Shown piece by piece: positions 12,475-22,182 of a stretch of 64,000 bases of DNA; position 1 is the first letter of the stretch, and the number at the start of each line of letters is the position of its first letter. The notes beneath the pieces are model-generated. The model ran no database searches, was not told the DNA's origin, and worked only from the letters and a program-made list of their open reading frames with translations. Position numbers and translations under genes: made by a program. The DNA comes from Nostoc sp. DedSLP01 (GTDB lineage Bacteria > Cyanobacteriota > Cyanobacteriia > Cyanobacteriales > Nostocaceae): contig JAVRCJ020000022.1 of assembly GCA_034530875.2 (NCBI GenBank), positions 32,001-96,000 on the forward strand, read 5' to 3'.

Positions 12475-13755
12475 TTATAACAACAAAATCCGAGCGATGC
12501 TAAAGATGGCAGCGCTAAGGACAGCACTCACAGGGATTGTAATTAGCCACGCAGCGGCAATACCTTGGAGAGTTTTGAACTTGATGGATTTAAGATTTTG
12601 CACGACTCCAATACCGACTACACCGCCGACAAGGGCGTGAGAAGTAGAGACGGGCAAACCTAACCGCGAGGCAATCAAAATGGTGGTAGCAGTAGCGAGT
12701 TCTGCACAAAATCCACTACTAGGTTGTAAAGCAATGATGTTTTCGCCAATGGTAGCGATGACTTTTTTACCCCAGACAGCCAAACCCCCAACAATACCAA
12801 CACCGCCAAGGATTAAAATCCAGATGGGGATAGCGATCCCATTGACAGGTACGCTACCAGTACTTTGAATGTAGACGATCGCAGCTAAAGGAGCGATCGC
12901 ATTACCAACATCATTAGAACCATGAGCAAAAGCGACAAAGCAAGCACTTAGGAGTTGGAAGCGGGCGAATAATTTTTCGACGGGAGTGGGGAATGGGGAG
13001 TCAGGAGTTATTTTGCTTGTCTCGTTGTCTCCTGTTTCTTCTAATTGTCGCCAGCTAATAATTGTCAGTCCAACTGCTGCTATGCCACCAGTTAATAATG
13101 GAATGTCGTAAGTGGGTATGTTTAAGCCGACTTGCTCAATAAAAAAGTTTGTTAGAGGTTGAGTTACCGAAGGTAATACAATCACACCAAAGATACCTAT
13201 TAGCGCAGTACTCAACCAGGGTATCCACTCTTGTAATTGCAATATTGGATTGGGTCGCTCTAAAATCCAGTGCTTAATTTGACTGTAGAATAAAGCTGCG
13301 ATCGCACCACTAATTACAGGCGTTAAAATCCAGCCAATAGTAATTCTGCCAATCGATGACCAATCAATTGCATCTACTCCCAAAGCTACCCAACTAAATC
13401 CGGCGATCGCACCCACAACCGCGTGAGAAGATGACACTGGTAAACCCCGCGATGTGGCAATTTGCAACCACACGCCACAGGAAACTAAAACTGTCGCCAT
13501 TCCAATCACCAGTATTTCAGGTGTAGCAGCAAATAAGGTAGGATTGGCAATTTTCGTCGCTAGAGTTTCTGTTACCTGATGTCCAAACAAGACAGCGCCC
13601 GTGAACTCTAATATCCCAGCAATTATTAATGCCTGTTTGAGAGTAACCGCTTTAGAACCTACAGAAGTTCCCATCGCGTTAGCAACATCATTTGCTCCGA
13701 GATTCCAAGCGACGTAGAAGGCTAGGAGGGCGACGAAGAGTAGGGTGTAGAGCAT
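12475..13755 (-). CDS. Inorganic phosphate transporter, PiT family
   Basis: GANDVANAMGTSVGS and HGSNDVGNA signatures; PVSSSH / PVSTSH. Confidence 0.95.
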   Translation of the reverse strand: MLYTLLFVALLAFYVAWNLGANDVANAMGTSVGSKAVTLKQALIIAGILEFTGAVLFGHQVTETLATKIANPTLFAATPEILVIGMATVLVSCGVWLQIATSRGLPVSSSHAVVGAIAGFSWVALGVDAIDWSSIGRITIGWILTPVISGAIAALFYSQIKHWILERPNPILQLQEWIPWLSTALIGIFGVIVLPSVTQPLTNFFIEQVGLNIPTYDIPLLTGGIAAVGLTIISWRQLEETGDNETSKITPDSPFPTPVEKLFARFQLLSACFVAFAHGSNDVGNAIAPLAAIVYIQSTGSVPVNGIAIPIWILILGGVGIVGGLAVWGKKVIATIGENIIALQPSSGFCAELATATTILIASRLGLPVSTSHALVGGVVGIGVVQNLKSIKFKTLQGIAAAWLITIPVSAVLSAAIFSIARILLL

Positions 13756-13818
13756 ATAGGAGGTGGGGAGGTGGGGAGTGTGAGGAGATGGGGGGATGAG
13801 GAAGTGTAAAAACTGACA

Positions 13819-14135
13819 GTTTAAAGTTTAGAAGTTCAACGAGGAACCTTTGAGCTTCGTCGGTAAATGTCTGAGCTTCGTTGCCGAATATCTGAGCTTC
13901 GTCGGTGAATGTCTGAGCTTCGTCGCGGAATATCTGAACTTCGTCGCTGAATGTTTGAGGTTCATCGTTGAATATCTGAACTTCGTCGCTGAATATTTGA
14001 GGTTCATCGTTGAATATCTGAACTTCGTCGCTGAATATCTGAGCTTCATCATTGAACCTCAGAGGTTTGTCGTCGAACCTCTGGGCTTCATCGCTGAATA
14101 TCTGAACTTCATCGCCGAATATCTAAACTTTAAAC
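13819..14135. repeat. About 14 x 21-bp tandem array (consensus GAATATCTGAACTTCGTCGCT) bounded by a perfect 14-bp inverted repeat
   Basis: Units start every 21 bp from 13844 to 14117. GTTTAAAGTTTAGA (13819-13832) is the reverse complement of TCTAAACTTTAAAC (14122-14135). Confidence 0.9.
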
Positions 14136-14191
14136 CTTTAGTTATAACACCTCCCTATCTCCCCACCTCCCCACCTCCCCACCTCCCCATC

Positions 14192-15238
14192 TCACGGATA
14201 AATCAAGATTTTATAAGTTTCCGCAGTAGGTGCGATCGCAGCTTCCACGGCTGCTGATAAATCTTTTAATGGATAGCGATCGCTAATTAATGCTTTTACC
14301 TCAATTCGCTGATTAAATACAATATCAGCTGACAAATTCTGAAGCCGATAAGACGAGCTGTAACTGCCCATTAGGTCAATTTCGCGGCGGTAGAGGATAT
14401 TCGGGTTGATGGGAATTTCTACTTCATCAGGAAATTCAGCGAAAAACAAGATTTTACCGCCTTTGCGAGTGCAATCAAGTGCTTGAAAGAAAGCTTTTTC
14501 ACTGGGGACAGCTAGCAGGGTAACATCAACGCCTAGCCCACCAGTCAAGGCATGAATTTTGGCGGCTAAATCGGGATCGCGAGCATCAAAAGCTGCTTCG
14601 GCACCAACATTTAATGCTTTTTCAATTCTAGAGGGTAGTAAATCGGTGGCGATCGCTTTTGCTCCGAAATACTTCACCAACATCACAAACATTAAGCCAA
14701 TTGGCCCTGCACCAGTCACTAACACAGTTTGTCCGGGGGCAATTTGGGCTTTTTTCACTGCTTTCAAACAGCAGTTAGTCGGTTCGACAAAACTGGCTTC
14801 TTCAAAACTGATATTGTCGGGGATGGGAATTAACCCGCCGTTTTGCACAATATGCCCTGGTACTTTGACATAATCAGCGAAACCGCCGCCACTAGCGTTA
14901 AAGCCTGCGGTTGTAGAAATGTTTTTGTAGACATCGCACATGGAAAAATTGTCATTGAGACAGTAGGCGCAATGCATACAAGGGATGTGGTGCATTACTG
15001 CTACTCGTTGTCCAACTTGCCAACCTCGGACTTGAGATCCTACTGCTGCGATCGTACCAGCGGTTTCATGTCCAAAAATGCGCGGTGGTTCGTAAAGTGG
15101 ATAACGAATTTTTTTAATATCTGACTGACATAACCCCACAACTCGCACCTGTACTAGCACTTCATCCGGTTCCAAGGTTGGAACTGGGATCTCTTCGTAA
15201 GAAAGTTGATTTACGCCTCTAAATACCTGTGCTTTCAC
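14192..15238 (-). CDS. Zinc-dependent alcohol dehydrogenase (MDR family)
   Basis: GLCQSD, GHE, structural-zinc motif CMHCAYC...C, GAGPIG. Confidence 0.93.
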   Translation of the reverse strand: MKAQVFRGVNQLSYEEIPVPTLEPDEVLVQVRVVGLCQSDIKKIRYPLYEPPRIFGHETAGTIAAVGSQVRGWQVGQRVAVMHHIPCMHCAYCLNDNFSMCDVYKNISTTAGFNASGGGFADYVKVPGHIVQNGGLIPIPDNISFEEASFVEPTNCCLKAVKKAQIAPGQTVLVTGAGPIGLMFVMLVKYFGAKAIATDLLPSRIEKALNVGAEAAFDARDPDLAAKIHALTGGLGVDVTLLAVPSEKAFFQALDCTRKGGKILFFAEFPDEVEIPINPNILYRREIDLMGSYSSSYRLQNLSADIVFNQRIEVKALISDRYPLKDLSAAVEAAIAPTAETYKILIYP

Positions 15239-15296
15239 GTTGATTTTTCACCGTTCAACGATACTAGATGTAACATTAGTGGTCAACGTTAGGCTA

Positions 15297-15753
15297 TCAA
15301 GTTTGAGATTTTTGGGTTTTAGCTTGTTCTAGTTCTTGTTCTAAAGTTTGTTCAAATATTTGGAATGCCTTGATATCTGCCGATGAGAGCTTTCCTTGAA
15401 TTGTTCCATTCTGAAGCCGCAGAATTTCCCCTTGGTTGTCCTTAGCAGTAATTGTTAAAACTCCCCGATTCTGCCATAGTCGATAGCGGTCTCCCTCAAA
15501 ACATAGACCCCCTTCTGGTGCTACCTTGCCTAGTTTATTCAAAGCTTTTTTGGCAGTTTGGCAAACACTTTGGCTGTATTCATGCCATAAAACTTTACTG
15601 GCGAATATCGGTACTTCTTTGCTGAGGAGATCGAGTAGGTCAATAATAGTCAGCGGTGAAATAAAAACCAGCCCTAGCACAACGAAGTAGAATGTCACGC
15701 AGGTACATAGGGAACAGAACACAAGAGTCTAATAGAACAAGCTGCTCAGCCAT
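15297..15753 (-). pseudogene. PIN-domain toxin gene, internally deleted and frameshifted
   Basis: ATG at 15753 reads MAEQLVLLDSCVLFPMYLRDILLRCARAGFY (PIN N-terminus) and stops after 37 codons. A C-terminal part (..TIIDLLDLLSKEVPIFASKVL..) continues in another frame to 15297. Confidence 0.75.
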
Positions 15754-15772
15754 TTTATTGGTTGAATTACTC

Positions 15773-16216
15773 CTATTCGTAGAATCCTGCTTCTTGGCTC
15801 ATCTGAGTTAGCTCGGTTAAGAGTCGATCGCGTTTCACATCGCGTTGCTGTTTGTACTTCATTAAATCATCAAAACGAACCCGTCGATGAGAACCCACTT
15901 TAATGTGAGGAATTTCACCTTGTTCTAATAACTTGATCAGGTATGGGCGTGATACATTAATAAATTCAGCAGCTTGTTGTGTCGTCAGTTCCTGTTGCTG
16001 CGGAATTATTGATATGGCTTTACCTGATGCCATTGTATGGACAACTTGAAGCAGCACCTGATAAATCGGCTCAGGAATGATAATTTGTTCTCCGTTTGCT
16101 CCTACTAGTTTCGCTCGGGAGCCTTCAATGCTTAGTATACGCTCCAGTTCTTTAATAGATTGAGCTTCTAACTGTGGAGATATTACAGAATCTAAAGACA
16201 TGTTCTGTGTTAACAT
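15773..16216 (-). CDS. Excisionase-family (HTH_17) DNA-binding protein, putative antitoxin of the PIN module
   Basis: ELTTQQAAEFINVSRPYLIKLLEQGEIPHIKVGSHRRVRFDDL; likely start ATG 16216. Confidence 0.9.
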   Translation of the reverse strand: MLTQNMSLDSVISPQLEAQSIKELERILSIEGSRAKLVGANGEQIIIPEPIYQVLLQVVHTMASGKAISIIPQQQELTTQQAAEFINVSRPYLIKLLEQGEIPHIKVGSHRRVRFDDLMKYKQQRDVKRDRLLTELTQMSQEAGFYE

Positions 16217-16381
16217 GATAGATTTTTCACTTGCTGTGTTTTTGGACTTTACGTCGTCAATACTATTCACAATCTTATAATACACACTACATAAACGAAA
16301 TATCCGAAATAAAAACAAATTATCTTGTTTGATGCCAAGCTATCTGGGGACAATATGTCGAAAACTTAGAAAGGTTAAAAG

Positions 16382-18151
16382 ATGGTTCATCAAACATATA
16401 CAGCGGATGTCTTAGTCGTAAGTGGTGGAACAGGGGGGACTGCGGCTGCAATCCAAGCGGCACGGCGGGGAGCCAAAACTATCCTCGTAAGTGAATTTCC
16501 GTGGTTGGGAGGAATGCTGACTTCAGCCGGAGTATCTGCACCCGATGGCAATGAATTAGAAGCCTTTCAAACAGGGTTATGGGGTGAATTTTTGCGCGAA
16601 TTACGGCTTCGGCAACCAGGGGGATTAGATAACTGTTGGGTAAGCTTTTTTAGTTACGATCCCCGCATTGGGGCAGAGATTTTTGCTGATTGGGTGCGGG
16701 AATTACCAAATCTGCACTGGATTTATGGACAAGTGCCTTTAGAAGTTTATCGGCAAGGCGATCGCATTACTGGTGTCCGCTTTGCTGATTTTGCTGTCAC
16801 GGCCAAGATTATTCTGGACGGTACAGAATTAGGAGATTTGTTAGCTTTAGCTGACATACCTTATCGCTGGGGCTGGGAATTGCAATCGGAGTGGGGAGAA
16901 CCCAGCGCCCCGGTAACTTTTAACTCTTTAACCGAAAGATATCCGGTGCAAGCGCCGACTTATGTCGTAGTTATGCAAGATTTTGGTGAAACTGTAGCCC
17001 CAGAAATTCCGGCTGCTCCTAATGAAAATCCATCGCTGTTTGCGGGTGCTTGGGATGACTATGGCGCAGAGACATTTTTAAATTATGGACGTTTGCCTGG
17101 CGATCGCTTCATGATAAATTGGCCAATTTGTGGCAATGACTACGGTGAAGGGGTAGGGCGGCTGATAAAGTCAGAGGTGACCAGAGGTGAATTTATCGAA
17201 GAATCACGCTGGCACAGTCAAAATTTTGCCCGTTTTATTCAAAATCAACTTGGCCGTCGCTATGGTTTAGCACAACAACTATTTCCTCACACTCCTACAG
17301 CTTTTGCACTCCATCCCTATTACCGGGAAAGTCGGCGCTTAGTAGGGCTAACTACTGTCCGAGAACAGGATATTTTGCCAATTGCTGGAGGAAGAGTTGC
17401 ATCCATATTTAACGATGCAATCGCTGTTGGTAACTACGCCAACGACCATCATTATCCTGGCATTCAATTTCCACTGCAACCAAAATCTATCCGTTGGGGG
17501 GGGCGCTGGACTGGAAGTGCCTTTATAATTCCCTACAGTTGTCTAATTCCAGCCACAACGGACGGTTTGTTGGTTTGTGAGAAGAATATTTCTGTTTCTC
17601 ACATTGCCAATGGCGCAACCAGATTACAACCTGTGGTTATGGGTATTGGTCAAGCAGCAGGAATGGCAGCTGCGATGTGTGTTGAGTTAAACTGCCAGCC
17701 AAGGGATCTACCTGTCAGGGATCTACAAGCGGCTTTACTACAAGATAGTCGCTCAAGGGCAATAATCATACCTTTTTTTAATCTCCCGCCTAATCATTCG
17801 GATTGGTTCGACCAACAACTGTATTACTTAAATAACCCACCACTGTATCCAACAAGTGGTAATTGTCCTTGGTCATCCACGGATAAGTATTTTGAATCTA
17901 CTGTTGACGAGTTATCAATTCCAGAAAACAAGTATTTTCAAGGTATTTTCTATCGGTTAGGTCAACAGGAATACAGATTCACTGTTACTATACCGACCGT
18001 AGATAGAGGTCAAAATTGGCAACTTGTGACTTTGCGATCGCATATCAACGAGCAGTTACAGGCTTATCCTCACGAACGATTAATTACAGTATGGGGTAGC
18101 CATAATCGCTACAGTAATTGGTTATTAGTCGAACATTTAAACGGAGGATAA
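16382..18151 (+). CDS. FAD-dependent oxidoreductase (FAD_oxidored family)
   Basis: DVLVVSGGTGGTAAAIQAARRG Rossmann motif, LGGMLTSAG, YYRESRRL, NGATRLQP. Confidence 0.9.
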   Translation: MVHQTYTADVLVVSGGTGGTAAAIQAARRGAKTILVSEFPWLGGMLTSAGVSAPDGNELEAFQTGLWGEFLRELRLRQPGGLDNCWVSFFSYDPRIGAEIFADWVRELPNLHWIYGQVPLEVYRQGDRITGVRFADFAVTAKIILDGTELGDLLALADIPYRWGWELQSEWGEPSAPVTFNSLTERYPVQAPTYVVVMQDFGETVAPEIPAAPNENPSLFAGAWDDYGAETFLNYGRLPGDRFMINWPICGNDYGEGVGRLIKSEVTRGEFIEESRWHSQNFARFIQNQLGRRYGLAQQLFPHTPTAFALHPYYRESRRLVGLTTVREQDILPIAGGRVASIFNDAIAVGNYANDHHYPGIQFPLQPKSIRWGGRWTGSAFIIPYSCLIPATTDGLLVCEKNISVSHIANGATRLQPVVMGIGQAAGMAAAMCVELNCQPRDLPVRDLQAALLQDSRSRAIIIPFFNLPPNHSDWFDQQLYYLNNPPLYPTSGNCPWSSTDKYFESTVDELSIPENKYFQGIFYRLGQQEYRFTVTIPTVDRGQNWQLVTLRSHINEQLQAYPHERLITVWGSHNRYSNWLLVEHLNGG

Positions 18152-18195
18152 GAAGAGTTTATTTTCAGTAAAACACAATACTTTTTGACGAATTG

Positions 18196-18222
18196 TCCGG
18201 ATAATCGTAAAAAAGCTAAGTA
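18196..18222 (+). promoter_or_regulatory. DIF1+ heterocyst-specific promoter motif upstream of patX
   Basis: TCCGGA (18196-18201), 18 nt, then GTA (18220-18222), ending 36 nt before the patX ATG. Confidence 0.8.
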
Positions 18223-18258
18223 TCAGTGAAGTGGAGAGTTCCAAAATAGACATCTGCT

Positions 18259-18576
18259 ATGCGTGCTGCCATTTCACTTTTAGTTTCCAGTTTGGTGTTC
18301 GGCCCCTTAGCTTCTAACTGCCAAGCAATGGACAATCATTTATCCAGCAGAAAGTCTGTAGACAATTCTGCGGCTTTTCCCAGGCTACGCCGACTTCCGG
18401 CAAGACCAAAAACAAACAGAACTTTCCAAGAAAATTGGCTATTTTCGATGCCTACTTGGCAACAGTTACTATCAGCACAATCTGACCCAAACCCAGATGA
18501 TGCGCCACGTCATCGCGGTAGCGGACGCAGAGAAGTGATGCAAAAATTTGTAAGCAATATCTATGCTGTCGTTTAA
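18259..18576 (+). CDS. patX: Heterocyst-inhibiting signalling peptide precursor PatX (RGSGR-containing)
   Basis: Signal peptide MRAAISLLVSSLVFGPLASNCQA, Pro-rich stretch followed by HRGSGRR, DIF1+ promoter, position after the FAD oxidoreductase near hetR/sepJ. Confidence 0.9.
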   Translation: MRAAISLLVSSLVFGPLASNCQAMDNHLSSRKSVDNSAAFPRLRRLPARPKTNRTFQENWLFSMPTWQQLLSAQSDPNPDDAPRHRGSGRREVMQKFVSNIYAVV

Positions 18577-18999
18577 CTACCGTGCGACTGTGCCTGTTTT
18601 TACAAAACAAACAAATTACTAGAAAACAGAATGTCATTAGCATTGTTTTCCCAGCTTTTCTGGCAGAGATATATACAGTTAACACGCGAAAATATTCAGC
18701 GATCGCTTAGTATTTCAACTGTCAAGTTTGTATATATACTAGTTGGCATTAATCCTGTCAATCAAAAGGCAAATCCAACCAAGCGCTTAGATAGACAGCA
18801 TGACCAACTCTTCAAAAGCCATACAATCATTAATCTTTCTGGGAAGCTCTGCGCCTCAAACCTCAGCTACTTTACAAACAGATGTTACTTAGGTTATCAA
18901 TAATTTAAAACACATCTAATTCCGACGTTTTGCTGATTGGGGAAATAACCTTAAGGCAATCTTTCTTTATTCCCAAATAGGTTTTCTTACAGATTGAGT

Positions 19000-19168
19000 A
19001 ACTGGTACAACAAACCTAAAGTAAAAAGTGAGTCAGTGCGATGGACAGGTTCCCCCGCAAAAGCAACTGGCGAACTCGTAAGAGTTAAAAGTAAAAAAAG
19101 AATACTGATACTCCTAACTTTTTACTGATTCTAGATGGTAGGTTTATTCCCATCATGATGTACTAGTT
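19000..19168. mobile_element. Degenerate MITE with CTAGTAC-type ends carrying a short dispersed repeat
   Basis: AACTGGTACAACA ... TGATGTACTAGTT (11/13 inverted match), AGT(A/T)AAA heptamers and a GC-rich insert. Confidence 0.5.
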
Positions 19169-19925
19169 ATCTAAATCAATAAATAATCGATCTTTGCTTT
19201 GGTATCTGTTCGATGCTCTTCAGCAAAGCATTTGCTTTCACCTCATCTTGTTTAGGGCATTGGGAGTACTATTATCGGTAGCTGGGCATTTAGCCTATGC
19301 TGAGTATGAAGTCCAGAGTAAGGAGTTAAAAGTTAAGAATTATTCTCTTTGCTCCTCCATCTCACTTGCCCCTTTGCTACCCATCTCCCAGACTCCTCCT
19401 CTTCATAGGGTTATTTTCTCCCGACTATCTTCCAATTCGCTGGATCCTGTTGAGGAACATAGGCACGAAATTGTGGAAAAATACTTGGGTTCGGGCTGCT
19501 AAGATTTTTATGCAGCCTGAATTCTAATAATTTTGTGTTTTGTACAGACAATTAAAGATTCAAAAAATAAAGTTAATACCAATTCAAAAATCTGCTGAAC
19601 TGCAAAAATTAAATTATTCAATTCGTACATTCTAAACAGCTATCCATTTATTCTTCTCCTGCCTCCTGTGCCTCTCCTGCTTCCCTCGCTGTCTAAACAA
19701 CTGGTAACTCAACAGTTCGCCGATCGAAAGTTGTTGAAGTTAACGCCAGGTAAGGAGCGAGTCATCAAACTGGCGCACAATCGCTTCAAGTGAGATGAAA
19801 AATAGATGAAATAATTAGAAAAATTAAAAACCTTAGAACTAGACTCTGCCAGAAAACCTATTTGCTGGGTAAATTGGGATATAGAGCCAGAAAATTTTTC
19901 TGTGTAAACTTGACCAGCAAATGGT

Positions 19926-20417
19926 ATGAAAAAATATTATCAAGACTTTTTAATCCGCAATTGGGTGGAAAGCGATCGCACAAGAGCAGCCCAAGTCATT
20001 AATTATGTATTATCCGAATACGGTCTGGGTTGGGAACCAAATGGTGCAGACCGAGATGTAGTGCAAGTAGAGGAATATTATTTATCTACGGGCGGTGAGT
20101 TTTGGGTAATTGAGCACCAAAGCCAGGTAGTAGGTACGGGGGCATACTACCCGATACAACGCGGACAAAAAGCAGTAGAAATCAGAAAAATGTATCTTTT
20201 ACCCAGCATTAGGGGTTTAGGATTGGGGAAATATTTGTTACAACAGCTAGAAGCAGCGATCGCAGAGCGTGGTTTTGAGCAAATTTGGATTGAAACTGCC
20301 AGCGTTTTGGTGGAAGCAGTCAAGCTATATGAAAGCAACGGCTATAAACCAGCAACAGGAATAGAAACCAAACGTTGCGATCGTGTCTATGTTAAATCAT
20401 TGGTCATTAGTCATTAG
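19926..20417 (+). CDS. GNAT family N-acetyltransferase
   Basis: VEIRKMYLLPSIRGLGLGKYLL acetyl-CoA motif; AVKLYESNGY. Confidence 0.92.
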   Translation: MKKYYQDFLIRNWVESDRTRAAQVINYVLSEYGLGWEPNGADRDVVQVEEYYLSTGGEFWVIEHQSQVVGTGAYYPIQRGQKAVEIRKMYLLPSIRGLGLGKYLLQQLEAAIAERGFEQIWIETASVLVEAVKLYESNGYKPATGIETKRCDRVYVKSLVISH

Positions 20418-20547
20418 TCATTAGTCATTGGAAAATAATACATGACAAAGTGCAAAGTCTGTAGTAAGACCCTACAAAATGTGGAGGTAACTCTGCTCAG
20501 AACTTTGTAACGCAGGGGAAATGAACAATGGCAAAGGATAATTTTAA

Positions 20548-21237
20548 ATGCATACTTGGACTCAGAAACTCACAAGCTTACTTAATCTTTTTCTCCAATC
20601 CCATTGCCCATTGTGCCAACGCTCAACTTCCCAAGAATTCTGCCAAAACTGCACTAGACAATTACAAAAACATCAACGTCAAAACCCGGTTTTTCTATGG
20701 CAAGAACCACTACCAGTATTTATCTGGGGTGAATATGGGGGTCTAGTAAAACGAGCAATGGCGGCGATGAAATACGACAATCAACCTCAAATAGCTCGTC
20801 CTTTCGGTCAATGGTTAGGGGAGGCATGGTTGTTAAATTCACCTAAGCGAGATAGCCAGGCTGTGGTAGTTCCTATCCCACTTCACGCTAACAAGCAAAA
20901 GCTACGTAAATATAATCAAGCTGCATTAATCGGGCAAAGCTTCTGCGAAATAACTGGATTAAAATTGAAACTAAATGGTTTAACCAGAGTGCGACAAACT
21001 GAAGCACAATTTGGTTTATCAGTATCTATGCGAGAACAAAACTTGGCCAAAGCATTTGCTCTTGGTCAGGAATTTCGCTATCGTCCCCCAAATGTTCCGG
21101 TGCTGTTAGTGGACGACATTTATACTACTGGTGCTACTGCCAGATCTGCTGTGCAAACACTTCGTGAGTATGGAATTGTAGTCTTAGGACTAGTAGCAGT
21201 AGCCACTACCATCAAAGACAGCTCGAACGAGAATTAA
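20548..21237 (+). CDS. comF: ComF family protein (competence, PRTase fold)
   Basis: N-terminal CPLC..CQNC zinc ribbon, VVPIPLH, YNQA, LLVDDIYTTGAT. Confidence 0.92.
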   Translation: MHTWTQKLTSLLNLFLQSHCPLCQRSTSQEFCQNCTRQLQKHQRQNPVFLWQEPLPVFIWGEYGGLVKRAMAAMKYDNQPQIARPFGQWLGEAWLLNSPKRDSQAVVVPIPLHANKQKLRKYNQAALIGQSFCEITGLKLKLNGLTRVRQTEAQFGLSVSMREQNLAKAFALGQEFRYRPPNVPVLLVDDIYTTGATARSAVQTLREYGIVVLGLVAVATTIKDSSNEN

Positions 21238-21259
21238 TCGACAACTTTGGGCGCAAAAG

Positions 21260-21352
21260 TAGACCTACCTTGAAAATAGGGAGTAGGGAATGGGGAGTAG
21301 GGAATAGGGAAAATAAATTTTGATTGTTCCTTGTGAGCGTAGCTAATGGAGT
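21260..21352 (+). repeat. About 90-bp dispersed repeat (MITE end), inverted copy at 57813-57904
   Basis: CCTTGAAAATAGGGAGTAGGGAATGGGGAGT.GGGAATAGGGAAAA..TT.ATTGTTCCTTGTGAGCG....ATGGAGT is shared by both loci. Confidence 0.8.
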
Positions 21353-21502
21353 CTCTTGCAAAAATAGTTTTGTACTCTTGAAGGGAAAAGGTTAAAAGGA
21401 AAGGATTTTTTATCTCTTTCTCCTTTTGCCGACTTGTACAAGAAGTCTAGTGTATCAGTTGACCAAATTACCCTATTTTTATCGAAAAATTACTTGAAAT
21501 GT

Positions 21503-21958
21503 ATGAATAAAGCTTTTGCGGCGGGTTTACAACAGCTCAATATCATTCCTGCTACGTTGTTAGCAATAGGTATAAGTGCAAGTACAGCTTTTGCTCAAAA
21601 TAAGTTGTATAGTCCAATTCCTTTATCTAACAGTACTGAAATTTCTGATAGCCTTTCAGACAAAGACATTCCCACAGGTCAAGGTGGGTTTGCTCGTGAT
21701 TACACAGTTAAGTTAGACAAGGGCGATAATTTAGCAGTTGACCTGTCATCTGAAAGCTTTGATAGCATTATCACACTGCTGGCACCTGATGGTGCAACTT
21801 TGGCAGAAAATGATGACGGCCCTGATGGTAGTAGCAATTCTCTACTATTTACTCGCATTGTAGAGACAGGGACTTATGTTATTCGCGTCCGTTCTTTTGG
21901 AGAAACTGGGATTGGGGCTTTTAAACTGAAAGTTACAAAGCTACAACCGATTAAGTGA
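21503..21958 (+). CDS. PPC (pre-peptidase C-terminal) domain secreted protein
   Basis: Signal peptide ending AFAQ; AENDDGPDGSSNS...ETGTYVIRVRSF. Confidence 0.85.
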   Translation: MNKAFAAGLQQLNIIPATLLAIGISASTAFAQNKLYSPIPLSNSTEISDSLSDKDIPTGQGGFARDYTVKLDKGDNLAVDLSSESFDSIITLLAPDGATLAENDDGPDGSSNSLLFTRIVETGTYVIRVRSFGETGIGAFKLKVTKLQPIK

Positions 21959-21977
21959 AGTAGGTATGGGACATTGG

Positions 21978-22182
21978 CATACGTGTCAACTGAAACTAGA
22001 AATAGCTTCGGTATTGGCTTTCTCACCCGCCAGAGAATAAATTCTCTGGCTAATAGCTCAAGTCTACTTCAGTAGACTCAAAATCTTGGGGATAATTTAG
22101 TAATCTTGAGATTACTTGTGCTATCAGTAAGGAACTTCAGTTCCTTGCGGGACATCGGTTCTACGTTAAGTTGACACCAATG
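21978..22182. mobile_element. MITE with CAT..GTGTCAACT TIRs containing four internal hairpins
   Basis: CATACGTGTCAACTGAA...TTAAGTTGACACCAATG. Hairpins GCCAGAGAAT-AA-ATTCTCTGGC, AGTCTAC..GTAGACT, AGTAATC..GATTACT, AAGGAAC..GTTCCTT. Confidence 0.7.

Noticed and set aside
13844..14135. 21-bp array as a CRISPR array
   Set aside because: The units are contiguous with no unique spacers, and there are no cas genes in the window.
13828..14257. ORFs 13828-14052 (-) and 13850-14257 (+) as real genes
   Set aside because: They stay open only because the 21-bp unit lacks stops; no RBS or recognisable domain.
18631..19502. ORFs 18631-18903 and 19194-19502
   Set aside because: No motifs; the second runs through STRR-like repeats. 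Probably spurious.
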